DNA of 64,000 nt from positions 114,210 to 178,209 of the forward strand of contig JAVBQB010000002.1 of assembly GCA_031549265.1 (NCBI GenBank), given 5' to 3'. Each line of letters begins with the position of its first letter. Positions within the stretch are counted from its first letter, which is position 1. Below are positions 27,040 to 35,698 of the stretch, piece after piece. Source of the stretch: Oscillospiraceae bacterium. GTDB lineage: Bacteria > Bacillota > Clostridia > Oscillospirales > JAVBQB01. Made by a program: the position numbers and the translations under genes. The notes beneath the pieces are model-generated. The model saw nothing but the letters and a program-made list of their open reading frames with translations. It was not told the DNA's origin and made no database searches.

Positions 27040-28293
27040 ATGAGACAACTACGCGGCGCTTGCATTATCGGGCAGTCCGGCGGCCCGACTGCGGCAATAA
27101 ACGCCAGTGTGCTCGGCGCTATACACGCGGCTTTCGCGGCCGATTGTATAACAAATGTGCTCGGCGCGGCAAACGGTATCAAGGGCGTTATGGATGACAT
27201 TTTTTACGACCTCACGCGGGAGGATCTCGGCGAGCTGGAGCTGCTCAAGCATTCTCCTTCGTCGGCGCTCGGTTCGAGCAGATTCAAGCTCAGCCGGGAT
27301 ATGAACGACGAATCCGAGTACGAACGCATTCTCGAGGTCTTTAAGAAATACGATGTGCGCTACTTCTTCTTCAACGGCGGCAACGATTCGATGGATACCT
27401 GCAACAAAATAAGCAAATTCCTGCAAAAGAGCGGGTACCCCTGTCGCGTGATGGGCATTCCCAAAACGGTGGACAACGATCTCGCCCATACCGACCACTG
27501 CCCCGGTTACGGCAGCGCCGCCAAATATGTCGCAACGTCCTGCATGGAAGTTTACCACGACGTAAATGTTTACGACACAAGCCAGGTAGTCATTATGGAA
27601 ATCATGGGGCGCAATGCCGGCTGGCTGGCGGCCTCTTCGGCGCTGGCTCAGTATAAGGGCTGCGGGCCGGATCTTATATATGTCCCTGAGGTGCCCTTTG
27701 ACATCGACCGGTTCGCGAGGCAGGTGGAGGAGGTATATATGTTCAAGGGTAAGTGCTTTGTCGCGGTCTCCGAGGGAATCCGCGATAAAGACGGCACCTA
27801 CATATCCTCGTACAGCAACGAATCAGCCGCAAACCAGATGGACGCGTTCGGCCACGCGCAAATGGGCGGGCTCGCGTCGATTCTTGCCCATAAGATAAAG
27901 CTGAAGCGCAAGGTTAAGGTTCGGCCGATCGAGCTATCCCTGCTCCAGCGCTGCGCTGCGCACTGCGCTTCGAAAACCGACATCGAGGAGGCGTATCTTT
28001 CCGGACGCACCGCGGTTGAGGCCGCCGTCGCCGGTGAGACCGACAAAATGGTGGGCTTTGAGCGTGAGCCGGGCCTGGTTTATAAATGCAAAACCAAACT
28101 AATCCCGCTTGAGGACTGCGCCAACGCCGAAAAGAAGCTTCCGCTCGAATGGATCACCATTGAGGGCAACGGCGTCCGCCAGCCGTTTATCGACTACGCG
28201 CTTCCGCTTATCCAGGGCGACATCGACCTGGTTAAGGAAGACGGTCTGCCGAGGTTCGCAAGGCTCAAAAAGATACAAATCGCCGTAAAATAA
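27040..28293 (+). CDS. pfp: 6-phosphofructokinase, predicted pyrophosphate-dependent (diphosphate--fructose-6-phosphate 1-phosphotransferase)
   Basis: PFK family motifs GGPTAAINAS, MGRNAGWLA. GGNDS (Asp at the GGDG/GGDD discriminating position) and PKTVDND (Lys rather than Gly) are the PPi-type signatures. Confidence 0.8.
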   Translation: MRQLRGACIIGQSGGPTAAINASVLGAIHAAFAADCITNVLGAANGIKGVMDDIFYDLTREDLGELELLKHSPSSALGSSRFKLSRDMNDESEYERILEVFKKYDVRYFFFNGGNDSMDTCNKISKFLQKSGYPCRVMGIPKTVDNDLAHTDHCPGYGSAAKYVATSCMEVYHDVNVYDTSQVVIMEIMGRNAGWLAASSALAQYKGCGPDLIYVPEVPFDIDRFARQVEEVYMFKGKCFVAVSEGIRDKDGTYISSYSNESAANQMDAFGHAQMGGLASILAHKIKLKRKVKVRPIELSLLQRCAAHCASKTDIEEAYLSGRTAVEAAVAGETDKMVGFEREPGLVYKCKTKLIPLEDCANAEKKLPLEWITIEGNGVRQPFIDYALPLIQGDIDLVKEDGLPRFARLKKIQIAVK

Positions 28294-28307
28294 TGGTAAT
28301 GAAAAAC

Positions 28308-28352
28308 CGCCCCGAAAGTACTGCGCAAGTACGGTCGGGGCGTTAGTTTTTT
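28308..28352. terminator. Bidirectional terminator between convergent pfp and sigE
   Basis: Stem CGCCCCGA...TCGGGGCG with an inner GTAC/GTAC extension. It is flanked by an A-run (28302-28306) and a T-run (28347-28352). Confidence 0.6.
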
Positions 28353-28391
28353 ATCCGTTGGATACATGACAATAATGATGACAGACGCCGG

Positions 28392-29132
28392 CTATATCAT
28401 ACGGGCGATCTCGCGGCGCAGGCGGGCGATGATCCGTTTTTCCAGGCGGGAAATGTACGACTGTGAGATGCCCATCAGGTCGGCGACCTCCTTTTGCGTC
28501 ATCTCATCCACACCGCCGAGGCCGAACCGGAGGGTTATAATCTCCTTTTCTCGCTCGGACAACTTGGATATGGCGCGCTGAAGCAGCTCGCGATCGACGT
28601 CGTCCTCCAATGGACGCATGACAGAGTCGGGGTCGGTGCCCATGATGTCCGACAGCAGCAGCTCGTTGCCGTCCCAGTCAATATTGAGCGGCTCGTCAAA
28701 TGACACCTCGCTGCGCAGTCCCGAATTCTTTCGCAGGAACATGAGTATTTCGTTTTCGACACAGCGGGAAGCGTAGGTTGCAAGTTTTATATTGCGGTCG
28801 GGCTTGTATGTATTTATCGACTTGATGAGCCCGATGGTGCCGATTGAAATGAGATCCTCGACGTTTATCCCCGTGTTTTCGAACCGGCGCGCGATATAGA
28901 CGACAAGCCGCAGATTGCGCTCGATCAGGGCGGCGCGTATCCACTCCTGCCCCTCGGAAAAGCGGCTTATCAGATATGCTTCCTCGTCGGGAGAAAGCGG
29001 GGGCGGGAGCGTTTCGCCGCCGCCGATGTACATTACGCCAGGAGGAATGGACAGTCCAAGCCTCGCCCAAAGCCGCTGCAACATCAGGGACAGCCTGATT
29101 CTGGTAACCCTTATAGCAAGGCCGACCTTCAT
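28392..29132 (-). CDS. sigE: Sporulation sigma factor SigE (pro-sigma-E)
   Basis: Pro-sequence followed by [17 protein letters not shown]. Region 2 is [31 protein letters not shown] and region 4.2 is [23 protein letters not shown]. It lies directly downstream of spoIIGA. Confidence 0.92.
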   Translation of the reverse strand: MKVGLAIRVTRIRLSLMLQRLWARLGLSIPPGVMYIGGGETLPPPLSPDEEAYLISRFSEGQEWIRAALIERNLRLVVYIARRFENTGINVEDLISIGTIGLIKSINTYKPDRNIKLATYASRCVENEILMFLRKNSGLRSEVSFDEPLNIDWDGNELLLSDIMGTDPDSVMRPLEDDVDRELLQRAISKLSEREKEIITLRFGLGGVDEMTQKEVADLMGISQSYISRLEKRIIARLRREIARMI

Positions 29133-29194
29133 TTTTTCTATACCTCCAAACTATAATTTTTGAATATGTAATCGATGCAAGAGTAAATCAGCTA

Positions 29195-30067
29195 TCATGC
29201 TCCGACAAGCGCCGAATAGGCGGAGCTGTCCGACAAATGCGTTGGCGACAGTGCGATCAGCATCCCGTCGACGCGCTTTGAATTAACGGCGGCGGAATCC
29301 GGTCTGAAAGCCAGCAGTATGCCCGAGCTGACCCCCACCGCCTGGTAAGGTATGAGACGGAAATACCTGCCATGGCCCAGCAGCGCGATATCCTCGAGCG
29401 CCCGTGCCGGATCCTTTAGCGTCTCCCGGTTGATAAACGCGGTCACCTCGCGGGGGAGCAGCGGGCGAACCGACTCAAACTCGGCGACCATCACCGGCGC
29501 GTTTGTCAGCGGGTCATGCAATGTGTTTCCGGTATCCACCAGCGCGGTCAGGGCGACCTTGTTGTCCTTCATCGACAGCTCGACCTCAACCAGTCCTCCG
29601 CCCGCCGTGCCGCGTTTGGCCAGCCTGCGGAATACGACAGCCAGCAGTACGTAGCAAATTCCGGCGGTGAGCAGTAGCGTTTTCATGTCGATGGGCAGAT
29701 AGGGGACGCCGCCCGCCAGAATACCGCTGCCGCCGAATATCAGCCAGGCGGCCATAACGCCGCCGCCAAATACGAACGATATCGCCAAAAAGAGCAGAAC
29801 CGAGCGGATAAACGCCCTCCAGGAGCGCACGCCGAAAGCGATCAGCACCATCAGCAGAGCGAACGCGCCCTTGCACGGCAGCATCTGAAGGAACTTGAGC
29901 CCGGGCAGGAATACGGCAACGGCGTAAGCCGCCCCGGCAGCCGCCCCGGCGAAAATCCGCCACCGGTTGATCGGAGAGCCGGAGACCTTTGCCGTCGCAA
30001 GAAGCAGCAGGTAGTTGATAATAAGGTTGAGCACGAACAGCGAGTCTATGTAGATTGTAGTTTCCAT
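29195..30067 (-). CDS. spoIIGA: Sigma-E processing peptidase SpoIIGA
   Basis: Five N-terminal TM helices (IYIDSLFVLNLIINYLLLLATAKV...) and the aspartic protease motif ALVDTGNTLHDPLT. 290 aa. Confidence 0.92.
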   Translation of the reverse strand: METTIYIDSLFVLNLIINYLLLLATAKVSGSPINRWRIFAGAAAGAAYAVAVFLPGLKFLQMLPCKGAFALLMVLIAFGVRSWRAFIRSVLLFLAISFVFGGGVMAAWLIFGGSGILAGGVPYLPIDMKTLLLTAGICYVLLAVVFRRLAKRGTAGGGLVEVELSMKDNKVALTALVDTGNTLHDPLTNAPVMVAEFESVRPLLPREVTAFINRETLKDPARALEDIALLGHGRYFRLIPYQAVGVSSGILLAFRPDSAAVNSKRVDGMLIALSPTHLSDSSAYSALVGA

Positions 30068-30073
30068 GGACTA

Positions 30074-30106
30074 ATTATAACTTTGTCCAATGCCGAAAAA
30101 GGTCAA
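30074..30106 (-). promoter_or_regulatory. spoIIGA promoter candidate: TTGACC-21 nt-TATAAT with an internal 0A-box-like TGCCGAA; the -10 box lies 6 nt from the ATG
   Basis: On the minus strand, TTGACC is the reverse complement of 30101-30106 and TATAAT is the reverse complement of 30074-30079. TGCCGAA sits at 30091-30097 on the plus strand. There is no Shine-Dalgarno sequence before ATG 30067. Confidence 0.35.
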
Positions 30107-30174
30107 ACGAAAACGACTGGTTTTGGGGGAAAATGCAGGTTTTTGGTATACAAGACATAACATGCCAATAAAGT

Positions 30175-30202
30175 TGGACGGCAGTGTAAAATCCGCCGTC
30201 CA
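30175..30202 (-). terminator. Hairpin terminator after the SLH/cadherin-like gene
   Basis: An 8-bp stem, TGGACGGC pairing with GCCGTCCA, with a 12-nt loop. A T-rich tract follows on the minus strand. Confidence 0.45.
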
Positions 30203-30328
30203 TAACAATTATTGACTGAAAAAAATAGTATTGAATTTTTGGCTGTTAGTTATCGGACAAATTATGAAAAAATTCGCCGTTTGTCAGATCGCACTCCGCG
30301 CCGCCGCAGTTAATCTGCCGGAACAGAA

Positions 30329-31657
30329 TTAAAGGAAGCCTCCCCAGCCAAACATGCCGGTCGGGGTGTTGAGCTTATTTTCCAGCTCGATCGCCGATGC
30401 AATAATGGCGGCCGCCTCGGCGCGGGTCACCTCGCGCGTAGGTTCGAGCGAGCCGTCGTCACCGGCGTTGATGATGCCGTTTACCTGAGTGTTGACCATA
30501 GCCTGGTGAGCCCAGGTCGGGATGGCGGCATCGTCGGCGTACTCAATTTTCAGTCCGGCGTTCGTCAGACGGAGTGTATTGTTGACGATAACGGCTCCCT
30601 CGGCGCGGGTCATGGGCGCGTTGGCGTTCAGCAGCCTGCCGCCGTCATCGGGCAGGCGTATACCCGAGAGTATGCCCGCCTTCAGCGCCGCCGCGGCGTA
30701 AGGGCGAATCCACGCGGGAGTGTCAGGGTCGTCAGTAAAGCCTGTGCGCGATACCGGCTTGACGTTCAGATCACCGACCGCAGTCACAGCCATCGCGACA
30801 AATTCTCCTCGGGTCACCGGGCGGTCGGGCATAAAGAAATATGCGCCCCCAACCTGCTCGCCGACAAAAACGCCCTTTTCAGCCAGCAGCAGCGCTTCGT
30901 AATGACCGGGCTCGTTTTCCATATCCGCATAGCGGATGGTTGTCTTGGCCTGCTCCACCTTAATGCGGACACGCGCCGGCTTGGAGATGTTACCCTGGGC
31001 GTCTGTCGCCGTATATGTGAATTCATCATTGCCGGTTTTGTCTTTATCAGGGATATAGCAGAATTTTGTTTTGTCAATTATACTGACAATGCCGATGGAA
31101 GGCATACTGATTATCTTGTAAGTCAGCTTGTCGCCCTCGGGATCGGTGGCAACAAACGAGCCGTAGACCGCGATTCCGCTATAAGCGTTGAACTCGATAT
31201 TCTGCGCGATGGGGGCGGCGTTTTCCCGGGTCATCAAATTGATTGCGACGGTGACGTTGGAATACGAGTCACCCACGTCGAAAACGGGTATGAACGTAAA
31301 CGAAGTCTTGATTTCGTTGTCGCACTGCGGGACAAACCGCATGTCACCGAGCGCGGTGGTCATGACAGCCTCCCCGGGCAGAAGACTTCTCTCGCGAAGC
31401 ATCAGCGTTCCCGCGGCGCTGTCGGGCAGTGATGTGATGATTATTCCCTCGAGAGTCGCTCCCTTGGTTGCGCGGGCGGTGAAATCCTCCTGCATGAAGT
31501 TGATTTCGCTGCCAATAAGATCGCTCTTGGAAAACGTCTGAACAGTCAGCTCGGTGAGCATCTCATCGGTGGCGAGCGCTGTCGGCAGCAGCGTCATACA
31601 AAGCGCGGCTGCAAGTATTATTGAGATTGCGCGTGAATTAAAGCGTTTACTAACCAT
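30329..31657 (-). CDS. Secreted cell-wall protein with cadherin/Ig-like repeat and three C-terminal SLH domains
   Basis: Signal peptide AISIILAAALCMTLLPTALA. Repeat region ATDPEGDKLTYKII...DEFTYTATDAQGNIS. SLH motifs (FTDDPDTPAWIRPYAAAALKAGILSG, TRAEGAVIV, TRAEAAAII). Confidence 0.8.
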   Translation of the reverse strand: MVSKRFNSRAISIILAAALCMTLLPTALATDEMLTELTVQTFSKSDLIGSEINFMQEDFTARATKGATLEGIIITSLPDSAAGTLMLRERSLLPGEAVMTTALGDMRFVPQCDNEIKTSFTFIPVFDVGDSYSNVTVAINLMTRENAAPIAQNIEFNAYSGIAVYGSFVATDPEGDKLTYKIISMPSIGIVSIIDKTKFCYIPDKDKTGNDEFTYTATDAQGNISKPARVRIKVEQAKTTIRYADMENEPGHYEALLLAEKGVFVGEQVGGAYFFMPDRPVTRGEFVAMAVTAVGDLNVKPVSRTGFTDDPDTPAWIRPYAAAALKAGILSGIRLPDDGGRLLNANAPMTRAEGAVIVNNTLRLTNAGLKIEYADDAAIPTWAHQAMVNTQVNGIINAGDDGSLEPTREVTRAEAAAIIASAIELENKLNTPTGMFGWGGFL

Positions 31658-31858
31658 CGTGTCGAACCTCCAAAAAGTTGTTTCGAACTAGTATTAGCAA
31701 ATATAAGGTCATTATTCCAATAATTAGAAACAAAACTGAAAATTTGTGCCAAATTATGTGATGACATTTGTCGATACAGGCGACATGATTTCTGTTGCGC
31801 TTGAAAAGAAAGTGTTATATCATTAATTGAATACAAATTTAGTACAAAGGATACTTGA

Positions 31859-33007
31859 ATGAACGAATTTGGTCGGCGCGTTAAGGGTTTTTTCATGGAA
31901 GCGGATATGTTTCTGCTTTCCATATGTCTGGTGCTGTCCGGATTCGGCGTGGTGCTGATTTCGAGTGCGTCGAGAACACTCCCCGGAGGGCCGGGCCGCT
32001 ACATGACAATCCAGATAGCGGCGATTATTCTCGGGGTGATCGGGTTCATCATCATGTCCATGATCGATGTCGAGCATATTTCCGAGGCGTGGAAGATAAT
32101 TCTGGTGTTTAACGCGCTGTTCATGCTCAGCCTGATTCCGTTTGGGGTTCAGACTGACAACAACCGCAGCTGGATCAGGCTGGAGCCGTTTTTGCCGGTC
32201 GGCATTCAGCCCGCGGAGATCATCAAGATAACGTTCATTGTTCTGATGGCGAAGCACATGTACCATCTCAGGGAAACGCTGAGCTCAGTCAAGTCCATGG
32301 CGCAGATTGGCGGACACCTTTTTCTGATGCTGGCGCTCATATACGTCGTTTCCAGCGACGACGGAATGGTGGTAATGTACTTTTTGATATTCGTGTGCAT
32401 GGCGATTGCGGCGGGCGTCAAGCCGCGGTGGTTCATCCTCGCCTTCGGCATAATAGCGGCGGCGGCGCCCTTTGTCTGGTCACACATGAGAGACTATCAG
32501 CAAAAGCGTATTCTGGTTCTGCTCAACCCGGAGCTCGACCCGCTGGGAGCCGGATGGCAGACCACAATGAGCAAAATTGCCCTGGGCGGAGGTCAGCTCG
32601 CGGGACAGGGACTGTTTGAGGGCACCCAGACTCAATATGACAAGCTGCCCGCCCGCCAGACCGACTTCATCTTTTCGGTATGCGGCGAGGAGCTTGGCTT
32701 CATCGGCTGTATCGCACTGATTGCGCTGCTCACAATAATAATTGTCCGGTGCCTTTACATCGCGTCGAGAGCCAAGACCGGTATGTCGATGCTGGTGTGC
32801 GTCGGCATCGCAGGGATGCTGATTTCGCAGGTCATTATCAATATCGGAATGTGCGTGGGCATTCTGCCGGTAATCGGGGTTACGCTGCCTTTCGTCAGCT
32901 ACGGAGGAACGTCGGTGGTCGCGCTGTTCATGGCGATGGGGCTCGTGTCCGGTGTGCGAATGCGGCCGATGCCGAACTGGCTGCGCGACCGCGCTAATAT
33001 CAACTGA
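31859..33007 (+). CDS. SEDS-family peptidoglycan polymerase (FtsW/RodA/SpoVE)
   Basis: Motifs QPAEIIKITFIV, RQTDFIFSVCGEELGFIGC, GVTLPFVSYGGTS. 382 aa, polytopic. Confidence 0.9.
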   Translation: MNEFGRRVKGFFMEADMFLLSICLVLSGFGVVLISSASRTLPGGPGRYMTIQIAAIILGVIGFIIMSMIDVEHISEAWKIILVFNALFMLSLIPFGVQTDNNRSWIRLEPFLPVGIQPAEIIKITFIVLMAKHMYHLRETLSSVKSMAQIGGHLFLMLALIYVVSSDDGMVVMYFLIFVCMAIAAGVKPRWFILAFGIIAAAAPFVWSHMRDYQQKRILVLLNPELDPLGAGWQTTMSKIALGGGQLAGQGLFEGTQTQYDKLPARQTDFIFSVCGEELGFIGCIALIALLTIIIVRCLYIASRAKTGMSMLVCVGIAGMLISQVIINIGMCVGILPVIGVTLPFVSYGGTSVVALFMAMGLVSGVRMRPMPNWLRDRANIN

Positions 33008-33165
33008 GGGTATTAACCGGCGCGGAATAGCATCGAAACCCGGAGAAAATCGGATGTATCGCGCGAATCACGCCGGATTCTGGTAGAAGTATCGGCAATT
33101 ATGATGACAACAATAGGCGAACTGATCTCTGCGCGCGCGGCAGAGACTAATATTTTATAACGGAG

Positions 33166-33777
33166 GTGCGGGAGCAAGATGGATTGCCGAATAACATGAG
33201 CGGTCAGAGCACAACAAAAAAAGACAGCGGATTTCGCAAAAAATACCTGGACACCCAGGCGGAAAACGTGCGGCTGAGGGCGCAGGTGGAAGCACTGGAA
33301 GCCGAGCTGTCGGGAGCTAGGCAGCTGATTCAGTCACAGGCCGCGGAGATACTCGACAAGTTTAACGTTATCGCTGACATGCAGATATCCAACAACGCGC
33401 TGTCGGAGGAGTGCAAAATACTTGGAACCAGACTGCGCAATTTGAAGAGCGCGGCCGGGACGCCGGTAAATGAAAATGAAAGTAATAAGCGAGAAAAACA
33501 GGCTCAAGCGCGGCTCAAAGCGGGGACGATATCAGCGTCGGGTGAGCTTTGCGTGCAGTCCCGGAGCTTTGACGTTACAGTGTTCGGTGAGGGGAGCTTC
33601 GACGAGCTCAGGAAAGCCGCAAATGACATGGATGAGATTTGGCTGATCGCCAGCGAAATCGGGTCGTTCAGGCTGCGCGGAAAAATGAAATCATGCAGGG
33701 AATTTGAAACGAAACTAAAAACATTCGCGCATCTGCTAGAATTAAAAGATTATCTGACGAGGAGAGATTATGGATAA
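33166..33777 (+). CDS. Hypothetical coiled-coil protein, first gene of a three-gene McrBC-like operon
   Basis: Charged, heptad-rich N-terminal half (KKYLDTQAENVRLRAQVEALEAELSGARQLIQSQAAEILDKF...) with no catalytic motif. The stop overlaps the next ATG (ATGGATAA). The start is uncertain: GTG 33166 or ATG 33196. Confidence 0.55.
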   Translation: MREQDGLPNNMSGQSTTKKDSGFRKKYLDTQAENVRLRAQVEALEAELSGARQLIQSQAAEILDKFNVIADMQISNNALSEECKILGTRLRNLKSAAGTPVNENESNKREKQAQARLKAGTISASGELCVQSRSFDVTVFGEGSFDELRKAANDMDEIWLIASEIGSFRLRGKMKSCREFETKLKTFAHLLELKDYLTRRDYG

Positions 33778-35698
33778 CAGCAAAATAGATTATATTGGCG
33801 AACTGGCAAGCGACGACGATGTGCGTGACCTCACGGGCAAGGACAACAGCCGCCGTGTTTTCATAAATAACATCGGAGAGCTTCAATACAGCGTGAAAAT
33901 CATCTCCGAACCTTCTCCGGCGTCGGGCACACTGGTCACCGGGTACCTGAACTCGATAATAGGAAGCATTTTTGAAGAAGAGGAATATGAACAGGACGCG
34001 CATGACGAAAGAACAGATAAATTTTCAAATTACATTTCAAATTATCTATTCATCTTAAATTACACCGAAAAAAACTCTTACAGAAGGATAAACCGGGCGA
34101 CGCTGGTCGGAAAGCCGCCGTCCCACTGCAAAAGTTCGCGCTATGTCGCGGTGCCGGTATTCCAGCCGAGAGGCGAGACGGCCGACTGGGAAGCCGACCG
34201 CGGAGTGAAGCTGTACCGCGACTTTGAGACGCTCGAAGAATTCGCGGACACACTGGAAGCACGCAAAAACACCGGCAGAGTTGAGAACTATTCGGCTGAG
34301 CAGAACCGGATTCAAATGATATTCTGGCTGAAGGATGGAAATCTGACGGCTGTGGGGCCGTTTGACTCCTGCCGCGTCCAGGCGCGCGGGTATACACTTG
34401 GATTTGACCGGCTCTTTAAGGCGGAGCTGGACGACGCCGACGAGAGCTTTGTCTATCTGCCGGAGTACAATCCGACTTTGCTGCATATTGACGAGAACGA
34501 CTACGACAAGCTGTTCGGCAGGCTGCGCTCCGGAGATTGCGACGTGCTCCGCGACAGGCAGAATCTTGCCGACGGCATAGAGAGCGACGTTCGCGCGGCC
34601 GCTGATCCGGCTGATATTGACCGGGCGGTGCTTGACAGGTTGGCGGTTTTGCTTTCCTTTCGGGACGCGTGTTTCCCAATCGGGACACTGCATCATTTGC
34701 ATACCGCCGTCAAAACCGGCTGGTTCACGGTGATCACAGGCTCGAGCGGGTCGGGTAAAACCCTGCTGGCCGACGCATATGTGAAAGCGGCGGCCGGAGA
34801 TCTCGCGCCCGCCGACAACTGCCTGAGGATCAACATGAATCCCTCGTGGCCGGATGACAGCCCGCTGCTGGGCTGTGTGGACAGAGACGCCTTGCTGTAC
34901 TGGCCGGGCGAAACAGGGCTGCTGGACCTGATTCTGGACGCGCAAAAAGCTCCGGAGCGGCCGTTCTTTGTCCTGCTGGACGACATTAACGCCGTCAGCG
35001 CCGATATGATCCTGACAAGGCTGCTGGGCGCGCTGGGAAGCGTCGGCGGATGCCGCCAGGTCGCGCTGTATGGCCCGAAACTGGAGCAGACGCTGCGCAA
35101 CGGTTCGCGCTACCCGTATATGCTGGAAATACCGGATAATGTTAATTTTATCGCGACCGCGTTCACCGGGCAGGGCGCTCACGCGCTGTCAGACAGGCTG
35201 TTGTCGGTCGCCTGCGTGATAAACCTCGGCTGCAAAGCCTGCGATGCGGCGGATGATATGGCTGGGGACCGGTTCGCACCGCATTTGCGCGAGATGGACG
35301 GGCGAGATTATACCCTCCTGCGCGAGACTGACGAAATGCTCCCGGCGCCGGTTCGAGAAATGCTTGCCGAGCTGAGCGCCGTTCTGACCGCCGCGTCGCC
35401 GGGGTTCAGAATCAGCCGGAGAACGCTGCGGCGCATGGGAATTTACTTGAATGCTTTCACCGGGGATACGACAGAGGGAGTAAACCTTACGGAGGCGCTG
35501 GACAGATTGCTGGTGTCGTGCGTGCTGACCAGGATTCGCGGAGACGAGGATCAGCTCTCCGACCTGCTCAGCGGCTCTCCGGACAAGGGTCTTATCCCGC
35601 GGCTGGATAATTTCTCGGCTTTGTCGGGATTCAAAGACTGCCGTGAAACGGTGCTGGCCAGAAAAAAAGAGCTGAATACTTATGGCTATTGCGTTTGA
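33770..35698 (+). CDS. Large protein with an unknown ~320-aa N-terminal domain and an AAA_5/McrB-like P-loop NTPase core
   Basis: Walker A ITGSSGSGKT (34739-34762) and Walker B FFVLLDDIN (34964-34990). NVNFIATA and ALSDRLL follow in the order and spacing of the McrB/MoxR AAA_5 core. Overlapping start and stop codons on both sides. Confidence 0.7.
   Translation: MDNSKIDYIGELASDDDVRDLTGKDNSRRVFINNIGELQYSVKIISEPSPASGTLVTGYLNSIIGSIFEEEEYEQDAHDERTDKFSNYISNYLFILNYTEKNSYRRINRATLVGKPPSHCKSSRYVAVPVFQPRGETADWEADRGVKLYRDFETLEEFADTLEARKNTGRVENYSAEQNRIQMIFWLKDGNLTAVGPFDSCRVQARGYTLGFDRLFKAELDDADESFVYLPEYNPTLLHIDENDYDKLFGRLRSGDCDVLRDRQNLADGIESDVRAAADPADIDRAVLDRLAVLLSFRDACFPIGTLHHLHTAVKTGWFTVITGSSGSGKTLLADAYVKAAAGDLAPADNCLRINMNPSWPDDSPLLGCVDRDALLYWPGETGLLDLILDAQKAPERPFFVLLDDINAVSADMILTRLLGALGSVGGCRQVALYGPKLEQTLRNGSRYPYMLEIPDNVNFIATAFTGQGAHALSDRLLSVACVINLGCKACDAADDMAGDRFAPHLREMDGRDYTLLRETDEMLPAPVREMLAELSAVLTAASPGFRISRRTLRRMGIYLNAFTGDTTEGVNLTEALDRLLVSCVLTRIRGDEDQLSDLLSGSPDKGLIPRLDNFSALSGFKDCRETVLARKKELNTYGYCV

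Noticed and set aside
28366-28383. ATGACAATAATGATGACA, superficially related to the recurrent TAAATGACAA motif.
   Set aside because: It is a direct rather than inverted arrangement and lacks the conserved 10-mer, so I did not count it as a copy.
31769-31775. 0A-box-like TGTCGAT upstream of the SEDS gene.
   Set aside because: It matches only 6 of 7 positions and is a single copy with no associated non-canonical promoter, so it is indistinguishable from chance.
34055-35182. 375-aa antisense ORF inside the McrB-like gene. Similar long shadow ORFs occur at 4973-5974, 50625-51899, 58204-59019 and 62875-63939.
   Set aside because: These lie opposite genes with strong family motifs. They are Arg/Pro/Ala-rich, have low-complexity composition and lack an RBS. 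This is typical of GC-rich shadow frames.
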